64,000 nucleotides of DNA. Source: Mobula birostris (taxonomy: Eukaryota). The number at the start of each line of letters is the position of its first letter. The stretch's first letter is position 1. The translations under genes were made by a program, and so were the position numbers. The notes beneath the pieces were generated by a model. The model was not told the origin of the DNA. It worked only from the letters and a program-made list of their open reading frames with translations, and did not search any database. The DNA lies in the NCBI RefSeq assembly GCF_030028105.1, contig NC_092370.1:81922969-81986968 (forward strand), written 5' to 3'. Positions 46,811 to 59,210 of this stretch are shown piece after piece.

Positions 46811-48401
46811 CAGTGCCTATAAAAAGTATTCAAACCCTCCCCATTTGGAAGTTTTCATGTTTTATAACATTTGGCTTTTTCTGACACTGATCAACTGAAA
46901 ACAGACCTCTGCAAAGTGATCTAAGTTAATTACAAATATAAAACACAAAAATAATTGTTTGTGTAAGTATTCACCTCCTTCAAGTCAGTATTTACTAGAT
47001 GCACCTTTGCAGCAATTACAGCCTCTAGTCTGTGTGGATCAGTCTCTATCAGATTTGCAGATTTGCAGATCTGGACACTGCAATTTTTCCCCATCCTTCT
47101 TTGCAAAACTGCTCAAGCTCTGGAAGATTGCATAGGGATCGTGAGTGAACAGCCCTTTTCAAGTCCAGCCAAAATTCTTAATTGGTTTGAGGTCTGGACT
47201 CTGACTTGGTCACTCCAGAACATTAACTTTGTTGTTTTTAAGCCATTCTTGTGTGGCTTTAGCTTTATGCTTGGGGTCATTGTCTTGCTCGAAAACAAAT
47301 CTTTTCCCAGTTGCAGTTCTCTGCAGACTGCATCAGGTTTTCCTCCAGGATTTCCCTGCATTTTGCTGTATTCATCTTACTCTGTACCTTCATTAGCCTT
47401 CCAGGTATGCTGCAGTGAAGCATACCCACAGTATGATGCAGCCACCACCATACTTCATGGTGGAGATGGTGTGTTTTAGGTGATGTGGGGTGTTTGGATT
47501 ACGCCAAACATAGCTATTACTCTCACGGCCAGAATGTTGGATTTTTGGTTCCATCAGACCATAGAACCTTTTGGCTGGCTTCTGAATCTCCAACGTGCCT
47601 TCTGGCAAACTCTAGCTGAGATTACACACGAGTTTTTTTTTCAGCGATGGCTTTCTCTTTGCTACTCTCCCATAAAGCTGCGACTGGTGAAGCACCTGGT
47701 TAACAGGTGTATGTGTAGCCTCTCCCATCTCAGCCACTGAAGCTTGTGACTCCTCCAGAGTTATTATAGGTCTCTTGGTGGCTTCCCTCACTAGTCCCCT
47801 TCTTGTACAGTCACTTAGTTTTTGAGGGTAGCCTGCTGTAGGCAAATTTGCAGTTGTGCAATATTTTTTCTATTTTTTGATGACTGACTTAACTGTACTC
47901 CGAGGAATATTTAATGACTTAGAAATTTTCTTGTATCCATCTCCTGACGGGTGCTTTTAAATAACCTTTTTGCAAAGTTGCTTGGTGTGTTCTTTTGTCT
48001 TCATGGTATAGGTTTTGCCAGATACTGACTCACCAGCAGTTGGACCTTCCAGGTACAGGTGTATTTTTACTATAATCAATTGAAACACCTTGACTGCACA
48101 CAGGTGGTCTCTATTTAACTAATTATGTGATTTCTAAAGCCAGTTGGCTGCACAAGTGATGATTTGGTGTGTCATATTAAAGGGGGGGAGGCGGGGAATG
48201 CTTATGCTATCAATTATTTTGTGTTTTGTATTTGTAATTAATTTAGATCACTTTGTAGAGATCTGTTTTAACTTTGACATGAAAGGGTTTTTTTCTGTTA
48301 ATCAGTGTCAAAAAAGCTAAATCAAATCCACTGTGGTTCGATGTTGTAAAACAATAAAACATGATAACTTCCAAGGGGGTGAATACTTTTTATAGGCACT
48401 G
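46811..48401 (-). mobile_element. Tc1 DNA transposon, both ends present, decayed transposase
   Basis: TA TSD (46809-10, 48402-03); termini CAGTGCCTATAAAAAGTATTCA; long IR/DR-type TIRs. Minus strand VLWSD, KYGGG, QDNDPKH-34-(E>K) SPDLKPIK. Inserted in a CR1 remnant. Confidence 0.95.
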
Positions 48402-49464
48402 TAGTAATGAGGAGAAGTTTCTTCACTCCAAGAAGTGTGAATTTTTGGAACTCTTTATGTCATAGGGCTGCAGAAATTCATATTTAATAGAAAAACTAGT
48501 AGGTTATTAGAATAGGTTGAAGTAAACAGGAGGGATCAGTGAGAAAGTTGAGGTGAATGATGGCGCAGGTTTGTGGGACCACCTCTCGTTCCTATTTCTT
48601 AATTTACATAATTATAAGATTTCATAATAGTAATTGATCTCTTGTGATGTAAGTGTCAAATGCAGCATTCATATCCAGCGGGATTAGAAGGCAAACAATA
48701 ACTGCATATTGGAGAAGACAGGGCTATTCAGTAAGAGGGGGAAATAAGGGAAGAGAGAAGAAATGAAGAAGTAGCTTAATTTTTAAAAATAGTTGTACGT
48801 GCTCCCCGTTTTTGAAATTTCAGTTGCTTCTGTGTTGTCACTGGACCCTATTGTGCTAAGAATTACTTTATATGCAAACTGTTTTTAAAAATCTACTCCT
48901 TCAGAGTAATCCGTTTTTTCTAGTTTGAATTTCTTTTGACCTCCACTTACTAATTTTAACCAACACACACTTCATATTATTGGAATAAATTTTCTAGAGG
49001 GTTGTTGACGTATATATCCAAGTTTATTTTCCCTAATAGTGCTTCTGTGATACTTACATGGCTCAAAGGTGGCACTAAACTGGACCAACAGAAAGAGACC
49101 TTGTCACAACATTAGTTCATGGACAGACTATTGAATTAGAAGAGATATTGCAAATTAATGCAATATCTGTAACTTTAAAACTGACTTTTCTTAAAAACGT
49201 ATGTTGCCAGTTAAATTTTAAAATAATATTTTGAAATAAAGTGTCATGATTCCCATTCTCATAGATAATTCATAAATTGTCATCAAAATTAACAGGCCAA
49301 AAATAAACAGCAAATCATGGAATATGGAGATGGTTCAATTGACAAGCAACTCTTGTTCAGATTTTCAAAATTTTAAGATTTTGAGTATATCATCTGCATC
49401 TATGACTAGAGTCAGAATTAAAATTTATTGAAAAGTTGGTGGCAAGTTGGATTTTCCCCCCAAT

Positions 49465-50287
49465 TAGGCTTCATCTGACCACAGGACCTTCTTCCACATC
49501 TTTATAGTATCTTCTAAGTGATGCTCTGGAAAATCTTCATAGGCAAGGATATGCTTTTTTTGAGCCAGGGCTTTTTCCTTGCCACTTTTCCATAAGTAGC
49601 CATTTTCTGCAAGGCTTTGAGAGATTGTGCAGCCATGAACTTCATCTCCATTTGCAGCTACTGAGTTATGCAGCTTACTTGAACTGACTGTTGACATCTC
49701 TTACAAGTGCTACTCTTCTCAGGCAACTAAGTTTAAAGGGCGACTTGACTTAGGCAGTATGACTGTGGTTTTATTTTTTTTCTACCTTTTCATGATGGAC
49801 TGCACTGAGCTCCAAGGTATGTTCAGGGCCTTTGAGATGGTTTTATACCCTTTCCCCATCTGTGTCTGATTTGTCTTGAATTCTTTTTTGTCTTCATTTT
49901 GGTTTAATCTGTTGAAAATCTACTATACTGTTGGACCTTACAGAGAGAGGGGGTATTTATTTTTATGAATTCATTGAAAGCAGGTGATCCTCCAATTTTC
50001 TACATCAACAAATTGGGTCAGCTGGTAAAGTAATATACAGTATTGCACCAGAGGAAAGTTAGCATAGTAATTACAAAGGGGATGAATACTTCTTCAGCCT
50101 CACAATTTTGGGTTTAAATTTTTAGTAAATTGTTGACAGATTTTTGAATTTTTCTTTTGATTTGACACGATGTACAATGTTTTATAGATTACCTCAAAAC
50201 TCCTACTTCAATATGTTTTAAATTTAGAAAATGAGAAAGTAAAGTGTGAAAATAGTTGGTGGGGCTGAATACTTATTTGAGGTACTG
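49465..50287 (-). mobile_element. Tc1 5' half (different, older family)
   Basis: ORF 49464..49697(-) ends WKKVLWSDE. Terminus ...gaatacttatttgaggtactg with an inner repeat gaatacttct at ~50084. The other end is missing. Confidence 0.8.
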
Positions 50288-52299
50288 CATATGATTTAAA
50301 AAAATTAAAACTTGATATTGTGAAGGAGCAGAAGATTAAACTCAGTGTTTAGCTCCAGCATGAGCACAGACATAATGATGAGAATTTTCTTTTTCCATAA
50401 TGTCAGTTATGTGGTTTATTGGCTAGTTATAGGCAGCAATTAGTAAGTACTTTGGCAGAAGTCTGTATTTTTCTGTAATGAACTCAGAAGATACAAGGTT
50501 TTTCTATATGATGTCACTTAGTGAGGTGACGAGATTGTTCAATGAATGCAAATCACTTCTGTTGTTGTAATGATAACTAAGTTTCTTACTTTTACAATCT
50601 ATGAGCAACAGAAAATGTACATTTTTTTGACAAATACACGTCAACTGATACTGAAATTTGAAGTCATTCCAATAATGAATGAAGATTGTAAGACTCCTGT
50701 GAATACTGCAACTGACTGTAATGATGTGTAAGAGCTTTTCCATTATTGCCAATAATATTTACATCATGGGAATGAGTGTATTCTTTATGGGAATATTTAA
50801 TTTTACTGGGTCAGAGTACAATTGAAGAATATATTGGAGATACTTTTAGAGCCAATATGTGATCAACGTTAGAAGTGGAATCAGACTTTCAGTCTCTTGA
50901 GCTTGTTCTGCCATTCAATCAAATCTGGGCTTATCAGTTATTTTAACATTTGATTGCCTTTGTTCTGTAGCCCTTGACAGCCTTGTGAACAAAATCCTAT
51001 GTCATCAATAAACAACTTAAAGAAGAAACTGATGGCATTCACCTTATCAAAGAAATACTATAATTATATGTGCCAGTTATTGTTCAGGTTCTGTGTATGT
51101 CCAGCATTTTCTGTTTTACTTCAGATTTCAGGTTTTGTGTTCTGATATCTTTGTCTGTCTCTGAAAACTTGCATTTATTTGGGAAGACATAACTTGCAGC
51201 TTTGAAAGCCATGCCTAGTAACTTTTATGGCACTTTTATGCTAAATATTAATAACATTCAGCAAAATGCAGAGGAGTATTTCCCCAATATAAATTTTAGG
51301 CTATTTGTAATACCCAACATTCTGCAGAAATAGAGCCTTTTGAAAGATGAAATGCAAACTCGGATTAATATCAAGTTTTAACAACATTGTTCTAAATTGG
51401 AATAGCGTGACGTTTACTTTTTCCATCTCCTTTTATTTCTGAAAAAGCAGTGGTTTATTTTTACAAGAGTGACTGTTGACTTGTTTGAAGTGCTAACAGG
51501 CTTGAGCTAGCAGTTCAAAGTTAAGTTATTTGTTTAATTAAGGAGCGTGTACTCTGCCAGCAAAATAAATCTGCACCTGAACAAGCTTTATATTATATCT
51601 TCAGAGAATTATATTATCTGCATGCCTCTGAATCTTAACTAAACAGATTCTAGTTCTTTTCCTTCAGAAATGTCATCTGTTTGCTTTTGACTTGTGCCAA
51701 ATATGTCTGCACATGTTGGAAAAAGCAAATCTCACTCTAACTTTGTTGTGTGACTCATAATTAATCAAGTTAAATTTATGCCATTTTTACAGGGGACATG
51801 AGTGCAAATCTTTGAAAATGTTTCCTTCTCAAAACCCACGTGAAGCATTTTTATATCATGTTGCTATTTGTCTGAATAGCATCATCTGCCATCAGTGCAA
51901 AACAGCCCAAATGTGATATTCTGTTGCTTATTATTATTATTATAATTGTGGTTTATCATAGAATAGCAGTCGGCATAATCTTTGTTGTGCATTTGGTGCA
52001 TACAAAACTAAGTCTGCATTTCACAAAGTGTAAATAATTTATTCCTTGACAAATTTTTTTCCACAAATTGATATAAAAGGCACTTTGTACACTGATAGTT
52101 GCCCGTTTTATGTGGTATGTATTATGAATGGCAAGTAACTGGAAATATTCTCTACAGGGCATCTGGCACCTGGTAGACAGTTAAGCATCTCTCCACCTAT
52201 ATTAGTGAAGGGGTTTGGAATGAACAGCAGTTAAACTGAGTTGTAAGTGGAAACATGAATTTATTGTTAAATCAGGTGCAGAAAAGAAGATCCTAAGAA

Positions 52300-52940
52300 C
52301 CTTAGACATAGAGGCAGCAGAATGCCACTTGGCCCTTCAATAAGACAACCATTCAGTAAGACCATAGTTGACTTCTTACCCCACAGCTGCTTCCCTGCAC
52401 AAGTCTTGTTCTCTTTTCTGTCATTAAAATATACTCAATGACCAAACCTCCATAATATGTTTGCATACAGAATTTGACAGATTCATTACCCATTTGGTAA
52501 TGGCATTTCTTCTTTTCACTCCTCTGTTTTTGACAGTATGAATCCAAGTTCACTCCATCAAGGGAAGCATCAAACCTTTACACATCCTGTTCATTCTCTT
52601 AAGAATTTTGTTTGTGACCACCTCTCGTTCTTATTAATGAAAGAGAGCATTTCACTTCTCTTTCATTTCTCCTTATATGACAAATCTTCCATCAGGAATC
52701 AGTTTTATAAATATTGATGGCACTTCCTCGGACTCAAGATAAGGAAACCAGATCTGTTAACAATATTGCAAGTGCAATTTTATCTAACTGAAGCAAGTCA
52801 TTTCTACTCTTGAGTTCAAATTCTCTTCAGTAAAGACCAACAAACAATTACCTTCCTGATTGCTTGCATGTCAATTTTTATTGATTTGTGTACAAGGACA
52901 ATCCCCTGAACACCAACTGCTTTCAATTTGCAGTTATTTT
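52300..52940 (-). mobile_element. Decayed CR1 3' fragment
   Basis: agacatagaggcagcagaatgccacttggcccttc tail; ttgagttcaaattctctt...agaccaaca reverse-complement CR1 RT C-terminus. Confidence 0.6.
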
Positions 52941-53107
52941 AAAAAATCTCAATATGTGTATTTTTTCCAAAAAGCAAAACGAAGAAGTAGAGAGGCAACG
53001 ATTCGATTATGAGAGAGGAATGGGGAAAAAAGTAGCTTTTTTTTGCAACACACATCAAAGTTACTGGTGAACGCAGCAGGCCAAGCAGCATCTGTAGGAA
53101 GAGGTGC

Positions 53108-53143
53108 AGTCGACGTTTCAGGCCGAGACCCTTCGTCAGGACT
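53108..53143 (-). ncRNA. Minimal type I hammerhead ribozyme, intact core
   Basis: Minus strand AGUC-CUGACGA-AGG-gucucgg-CCU-GAA-ACGU-C-GACU: CUGANGA and GAAA core, stem I AGUC/GACU, stem II AGG/CCU, palindromic ACGU in place of stem III, GUC cleavage triplet. Confidence 0.85.
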
Positions 53144-53440
53144 AACTGAAGGAAGAGTGAGTAAGGGATTTGAAAGTTGGAGGGGGAGGGGGAGATCCAA
53201 AATGATAGGAGAAGACAGGAGGGGGAGGGATGGAGCCAAGAGCTGGATGGGTGATAGGCAAAAGGGGATACGAGAGGATGATGGGACAGGAGGTCTGGGA
53301 AGAAAGACGGTGGGGGGGGGGGGACCCAGAGGATGGGCAAGAGGTGTATTCAGAGGGACAGAGGGAGAAAAAGGAGAGTGAGAGAAAGAATGTGTGCATA
53401 AAAATAAGTAACAGATGGGGTACGAGGGGGAGGTGGGGCC

Positions 53441-54192
53441 TTAGTGGAAGTTAGAGAAGTCGATGTTCATGCCACCAGGTTGGAGGCTACCCAGATGGAA
53501 TATAAGGTGTTGTTCCTCCAACCTGAGTGTGGCTTCATCTTTACAGTAGAGGAGGCCGTGGATAGACATGTCAGAATGGGAATGGGAATGGGATGTGGAA
53601 TTAAAATGTGTGGCCACTGGGAGATCCTGCTTTCTCCGGCGGACAGAGCGTAGATGTTCAGCAAAGCGGTCTCCCAGTCTGCGTCGGGTCTCGCCAATAT
53701 ATAAAAGGCCACATCGGGAGCACCGGACGCAGTATATCACCCCAGTCAACTCACAGGTGAAGTGTTGCCTCACCTGGAAGGACTGTTTGGGGCCCTGAAT
53801 GGTGGTAAGGGAGGATGTGTAAGGGCATGTGTAGCACTTGTTCCGCTTACACGGGTAAGTGCCAGGAGGGAGATCAGTGGGGAGGGATGGGGGGGGGACG
53901 AATGGACAAGGGAGTTGTGTAGGGAGCGATCCCTGCGAAATGCAGAGAGAGGTGGGGAGGGAAAGATGTGCTTAGTGGTGGGATCCCGTTGGAGGTGGCG
54001 GAAGTTACGGAGAATAATATGTTGGACCCGGAGGCTGGTGGGGTGGTAGGTGAGGACCAGGGGAACCCTATTCCTAGTGGGGTGGCGGGAGGATGGAGTG
54101 AGAGCAGATGTATGTGAAATGGGGGAGATGCGTTTGAGAGCAGAGTTGATAGTGGAGGAAGGGAAGCCCCTTTCTTTAAAAAAGGAAGACAT
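53441..54192 (-). pseudogene. PLE polyprotein C-terminus (linker + GIY-YIG endonuclease), one frameshift
   Basis: Two adjoining ORFs; frameshift near the G-run at ~53880-53898. Confidence 0.9.
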
Positions 54193-55129
54193 CTCAAGTT
54201 TTTAAATATATGTCTGAATTAAGATTAAAAGGAACCATGTTCCATACTTGTAACAGTTAATTTGTGGTAACGAGAGCTCAGCTGCTTGCAAATGATATAT
54301 ATTACCTATTATTAAAATATATAAGATATAATGTGTATGACATATACACACACACTCCCAGATATACATATACAGGCTTTTTACTCCATTACTTGGATAG
54401 AAATGAAGATGCCTTGATTTTCTGTTCAGTTTCCTTTTTATCTGTTATTGAAGTATGGGAAATTAATGTTGCTTGATGCACTTGAATGTATTTCGATTTG
54501 GCAAGATAATAATGATAGAATGGTAAATTCCTGATAGCAACTTTCCCATTTTTGAATCCGATCATCCATATCTCCGGCCTGATGTTGCTCCAGTATTTGG
54601 ACATAAATAATTAACCTTTCTATATTTTGGCAAAGTACGGTAAAATATTGAAGTAGCACACTTGTATTGATGAAACTTGAGTTTTATGACCTAAATATTT
54701 TCTTAATGCAGATTTTCTGAATAAAACATAAATTGTGATCGTTCAAAGCATTGTAAATTGCTCTGAACCATTGTAATGGTGCAATTCAGTAGGTTTTTTT
54801 GACACTGGATATAATAGAAAATAATGAATATTGGTAGGCCTTATTTTCTAAAGGGACATTACCTGGTATCCAGTGCTTCTCGTGACTTTCCCAGTGTTTC
54901 TGCTGAGAGGATATGTAACTGATATTCTCCTGGACCTCAGCAATGTCATACCTGAATTAGGCACTAGAGGATGCAAAAGAGTGATCAGTGATCTTCTAAT
55001 TTTGGTAGATGCCCCATTTGTTCCTCCTACATTCCCATGAATTGGAATTCAATTCAATCAGAGAATAGAACATCCAAAGCATGAATGTTGGAATAGATAC
55101 ACCCTGGAAGGGTGTTATTCAGGCTGTTG

Positions 55130-56400
55130 TGTGTGGACTGCTCTATGCAAGAACCCTCTAGCTAGTCTCATTTCTCTGCACTCTCTCCAGAGAATTGCAA
55201 TATTTTTCCTTTCAGAACATAATCGAGTTTCTTTCTGAATGCTGAAATTAAATCTACCTGTACATTTCATCCATTCATTGTCTGAGGAAAATATTTCTTT
55301 GCGTCACTTTTAATTATTTTGCTTTTTTCATGGCTTTCTCAACTTGTCGCCACTTTCATACTCTAGATCTCTGTGCTCTTGTACACCTTACTGGATTGTG
55401 TCCTATAATTAGATTCTTTATCTTTTGTTATTCTTTTATATATCCTTTTTTAAAAGTAAGGGAATCAAATCTATACACAGAACTCTTAAGTGGACTCACA
55501 CCAACACCTGATATTCTGGTGAGATACCTTTGGTACTCTATCCTGATCCTCTTCAAAGCTGTTATGCCATTTGCCTTCCTGTCACTTACTTCATCTGCAT
55601 GCTGCCTTTCAGTGAGTTATACACAGGTATAATGAATTCCCTTTGAACATCAAAAATAACCAATTTCTCAGCATTTGAAAAATACTCAATTTATCTGTGT
55701 TGTTCAGCAAAGTAGATAACTCTAGATTGTTCCACATTGTATTCATTTCTCGTGTTCTTGTCCACTCACCCAACTTTTCTACATAACTTCAAAGCCAATT
55801 TACATCCTCAGCTCCTCTGTCACTTTTGCATTATAACTAAACTTTGAAAAATGATATTTGGTCTTCTCAGCCAAATCAACGTAAATTGGGGGAAGCTGGA
55901 GCCTAAGCACTGGTCCTTGTTCTGCCCACTAGTATCAACATTGAGTTTATCTATTTGCCCATTCCGTTAGCCTATCAATACATTCTTTAAGTTTACTAGT
56001 ATCATCGCAGTTTACGCCACCAGCAACCTGGAAACCCAAATTAATAACATTTATTTTAACAGACCACTGGGGAAATTTACTGCATACATTTCTTTGTCGA
56101 GAAAAAAAACACTTTTATTCCATTGTCTTCAATTTTGATAAGAAGCCTATTATGTGGCATCTGGAACACAGAACAGTACAACACAGGAACAGGCCCTTTG
56201 GTCCACACTGTTGTGCTGAACCAATTAAATTAATAATTGAATAACCAACTAAACAAATCCCTTCTGCCTATAAATATCCATATCCTTCCATTTTCTTCAC
56301 ATTTATGTGCAATCACAATGTCTGTTAAAAGATCCCAAACGTATCTGCTTCAACCACCTCCCCAGGCAATGCATTCTAGGCACCCACCACCTTATCAAAC
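55130..56400 (-). mobile_element. Decayed CR1 fragments
   Basis: aagctgttatgccatttgccttcctg, ggagcctaagcactggtccttg (QGPVLG in reverse complement); tail gaacacagaacagtacaacacagga at 56164. Confidence 0.65.
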
Positions 56401-56739
56401 TCAGTGAGTCATGGAATCATGTAGCACAGAAATGTTAGCACTAAATTCATGCTGACCCTTCTCCCCGTTTACACTAATCCCATTTACCATGTAGTTTCCT
56501 ATTTCGTCATTCAGCAAATTGGGATAGATTCCATTTGCATCAAATGATTTATTTATTTGAAGCATAACTTGCCTAATACCTACATGTCATCAGTTTTTGG
56601 CTCATTCAAAATCTCAGTGAATGATTTCATCAGCATCTTCTTCCTCGATGAAGGCTAAAGTGAAAATACTTGCATAATGCTGATTATGTAGTATACTTGA
56701 ATTAAACTGGAATTACTTTTTGTTGTTTTGTAAATTGTT

Positions 56740-57120
56740 CCTTGTGCAATTGGTTCCTCGATTTCCTTGATTACAGTCCCCCAGTCAGTTCAGATTGGCA
56801 ACAACATGTTCAGCATCTCTATCAGCACAGGTGCACCACAAGGCTGTATACTTGGACCCTTGCTCTACTCGCTTTACACTTATGACTTCGTGGCTAAGTA
56901 CAACTCCAGTGTCATATTCAAGTTTGCTGACAACAGCACTGTCGTAGGCAGAATCAAACGTGATGATTAATCAGCATGTAGGAGGGGGAATGAAAATCTG
57001 GCTGAGTGGTTCCACAACAACAACCTCTTTCTCTATGTCAGCAACACCAAGGAGCTGATTATTGGCCTCAGGAGGAGGAATCCAGAGGCCATGAGTCAGT
57101 CCTCTTTGGAGGATCAGAAG
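56740..57120 (+). mobile_element. Rex1/Babar RT fragment
   Basis: ORF 56767..56970 STGAPQGCILGPLLYSLYT...KFADNSTVVG. Abuts a minus-strand CR1 piece at 57121-57370. Confidence 0.88.
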
Positions 57121-57599
57121 AAGCCCAAAACTGGTCACAATACTCCAGGTGCAGTCTGACTGATGCCTTATAAAGCCTCAGCATTACAGCTTCGCTTTCT
57201 ATTCTAGTCCTCTCATAATGAATGCTAACATTTATTTGTCTTCCTTACTACTTACACAACCTGCAGTTTAACCCTCAGGGAATCCTACACAAGGAATCCT
57301 CAGCCCTTTGCACTTCTAATTTTTGAATTTTCTTCCTGTTTTGGAAAATAGTGTATACCTTTATTCCTTCGATCAAGGCAAGGCTAACAGGTTTTTGTAA
57401 CCTTGGCTTTCAAGAGATATTAAAGTCCTGGTTAAGAAGAAGAAACAGGTGCATGGCAGGTATGGGTAGAAAGGTACTAGTTGAGTGTAAGAAGTGTAAG
57501 AGAAGACTTAAAAGTTGGAAATCAGGAGGGCTAAAAGGAGACATGAGGTTTCTCCAGCAGACAAGGTGAAGGAAAATCCCAAGGGCTTCTATAGATGTA

Positions 57600-59210
57600 C
57601 AGTGGCATGCAAAAGTTTGGGCATCCCGGTCAAAATTTCTGTTACTGTGAATAATTAAGTGAATAGAAGATGAACTGATCTCCAAAAGTCATAAACTTAA
57701 AGATGAAACATTCTTTTCAACATTTTAAGCAAGATTAGTGTATTATTTTTGTTTTGTACAATTTTAGAGTGAAAAAAAGGAAAGGAGCACCATGCAAAAG
57801 TTTGGGCACCCCAAGAGATTTGAGCTCTCAGATAACTTTTACCAAGGTCTCACACCTTAATTAGCTTGTTAGGGCTATGACTTGTTCACAGTCAATGTTA
57901 GGAAAGGCCAGGTGATGTAAGTTTCAAAGCTTTATAAATACCCTGACTCCTCAAACCTTGTCTCAACAATCAGCAGCAATGGGCTTCTCTAAGCAGCTGC
58001 CTAGCACTCTGAACATTAAAATAAATGATGCCCACAAAGCAGCAGAAGGCTATAAGAAGATAGCAAAGTGTTTTCAGGTAGCCGTTTCCTCAGTTCATAA
58101 TGTAATTGAGAAATGGCAGTTAACAGGAATGGTGAAGGTCAAGTTGACGTCTGGAAGACCAAGAAAACTTTCCGAGAGAACTGCTCATAGGATTGCTAGA
58201 AAGGCAAATCAAAACCCCCATTTGACTGCAAAAGACCTTCAGGAAGATTTAGCAGATTCTGGAGTGGTGGTGCACTGTTCTACTGTGCAGTGACATCTGC
58301 ACAAAAATTACCTGCATGGAAGAGTCACCGGAAGAAAATTTTTCCCTGTGTCCTCACCACAAAATTCAGCATCAGAAGTTTGCAAAGGAACAGCTAAACA
58401 AGTCGGATGCATTTTGGGAACAAGTCCTGTGGACTGATGAAGTTAAAATAGAACTTTTTGGTCGCAGTGAGCAAAGATATGTTTGGAGAAAAAAGGGTGT
58501 AGAGTTTCATGAAAAGAACACCTCTCCAACTGTTAAGCACGGGGGGTGGATCGATCTCGCTTTGGGCTTGTGTTGCAGCCGGTGGCACGGAGAACATTTC
58601 ACTGGTAGAAGGAAGAATGAATTCAATTAAATACCAGCAAATTCTAGAAGCAAACATCACACCGTCTATAAAAAAGCTGAAGATGAAAAGAGGATGGGTT
58701 CTACAACAGGATAATGATCCTAAACATACCTCAAAATCCACAATGGACTACCTCAAGAGGCATAAGCTGAAGGTTTTGCCATGGGCCTCACAGTCCCCCG
58801 ACCTAAACATCATCGAGAATCTGTGGATAGACCTCAAAAGAGCAGTGCATGCAGGATGGCCCAAGAATCTCACAGAACTGGAAGCCTTTTGCAAGGAAGA
58901 ATGGGCGAAAATCCCCCAAACAAGAGTTGAAAGACTTAGCTGGCTACAGAAAGCGTTTACAAGCTGTGATACTTGCCAAAGGGGGTGTTACTAAGTACTG
59001 ACCATGCAACGTGCCCAAACTTTTGTTTTAGGCCCTTTTCCTTTTTTGTTATTTTGAAACCGTAAAAGATAGAAATAAAAAAAGTAATCTTGCTTAAAAT
59101 ATTAAAGAAATGTGTCATCTTTAACTTCATGCCTTTTGGAAATCAGGTCATCTTTTACTCGCTTAGCTATTCACAGTAACAGAAATTTTGACCAGGGGTG
59201 CCCAAACTTT
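57600..59210 (+). mobile_element. Tc1 (DD34E) transposon, IR/DR type, near full length
   Basis: TA then CAGTGGCATGCAAAAGTTTGGGCA; inner repeat at 57791-57812; ~210-bp TIR mirrored at 59011-59210. The outermost ~11 bp of the right end are missing. Confidence 0.96.
57979..59001 (+). pseudogene. Tc1 transposase with a stop and frameshifts
   Basis: MGFSKQL...GYKKIAK...GRPRK; VLWTDE; KHGG; QQDNDPKH-34 residues-E (SPDLNIIE); end AKGGVTKY*. Confidence 0.93.

Larger units (their letters stand above)
53045..54195 (-). mobile_element. Penelope-like element (Neptune-type), 5'-truncated, young
   Basis: GIY-YIG endonuclease ORF 53441..53773 (GVIYCVRCSRCGLLYIGETRRRLGDRFAEH...HF...GMN). Cys-rich linker PCKRNKCYTC upstream in frame. 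Thumb/linker ORF 53770..54192. 3' UTR with hammerhead. Confidence 0.95.
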
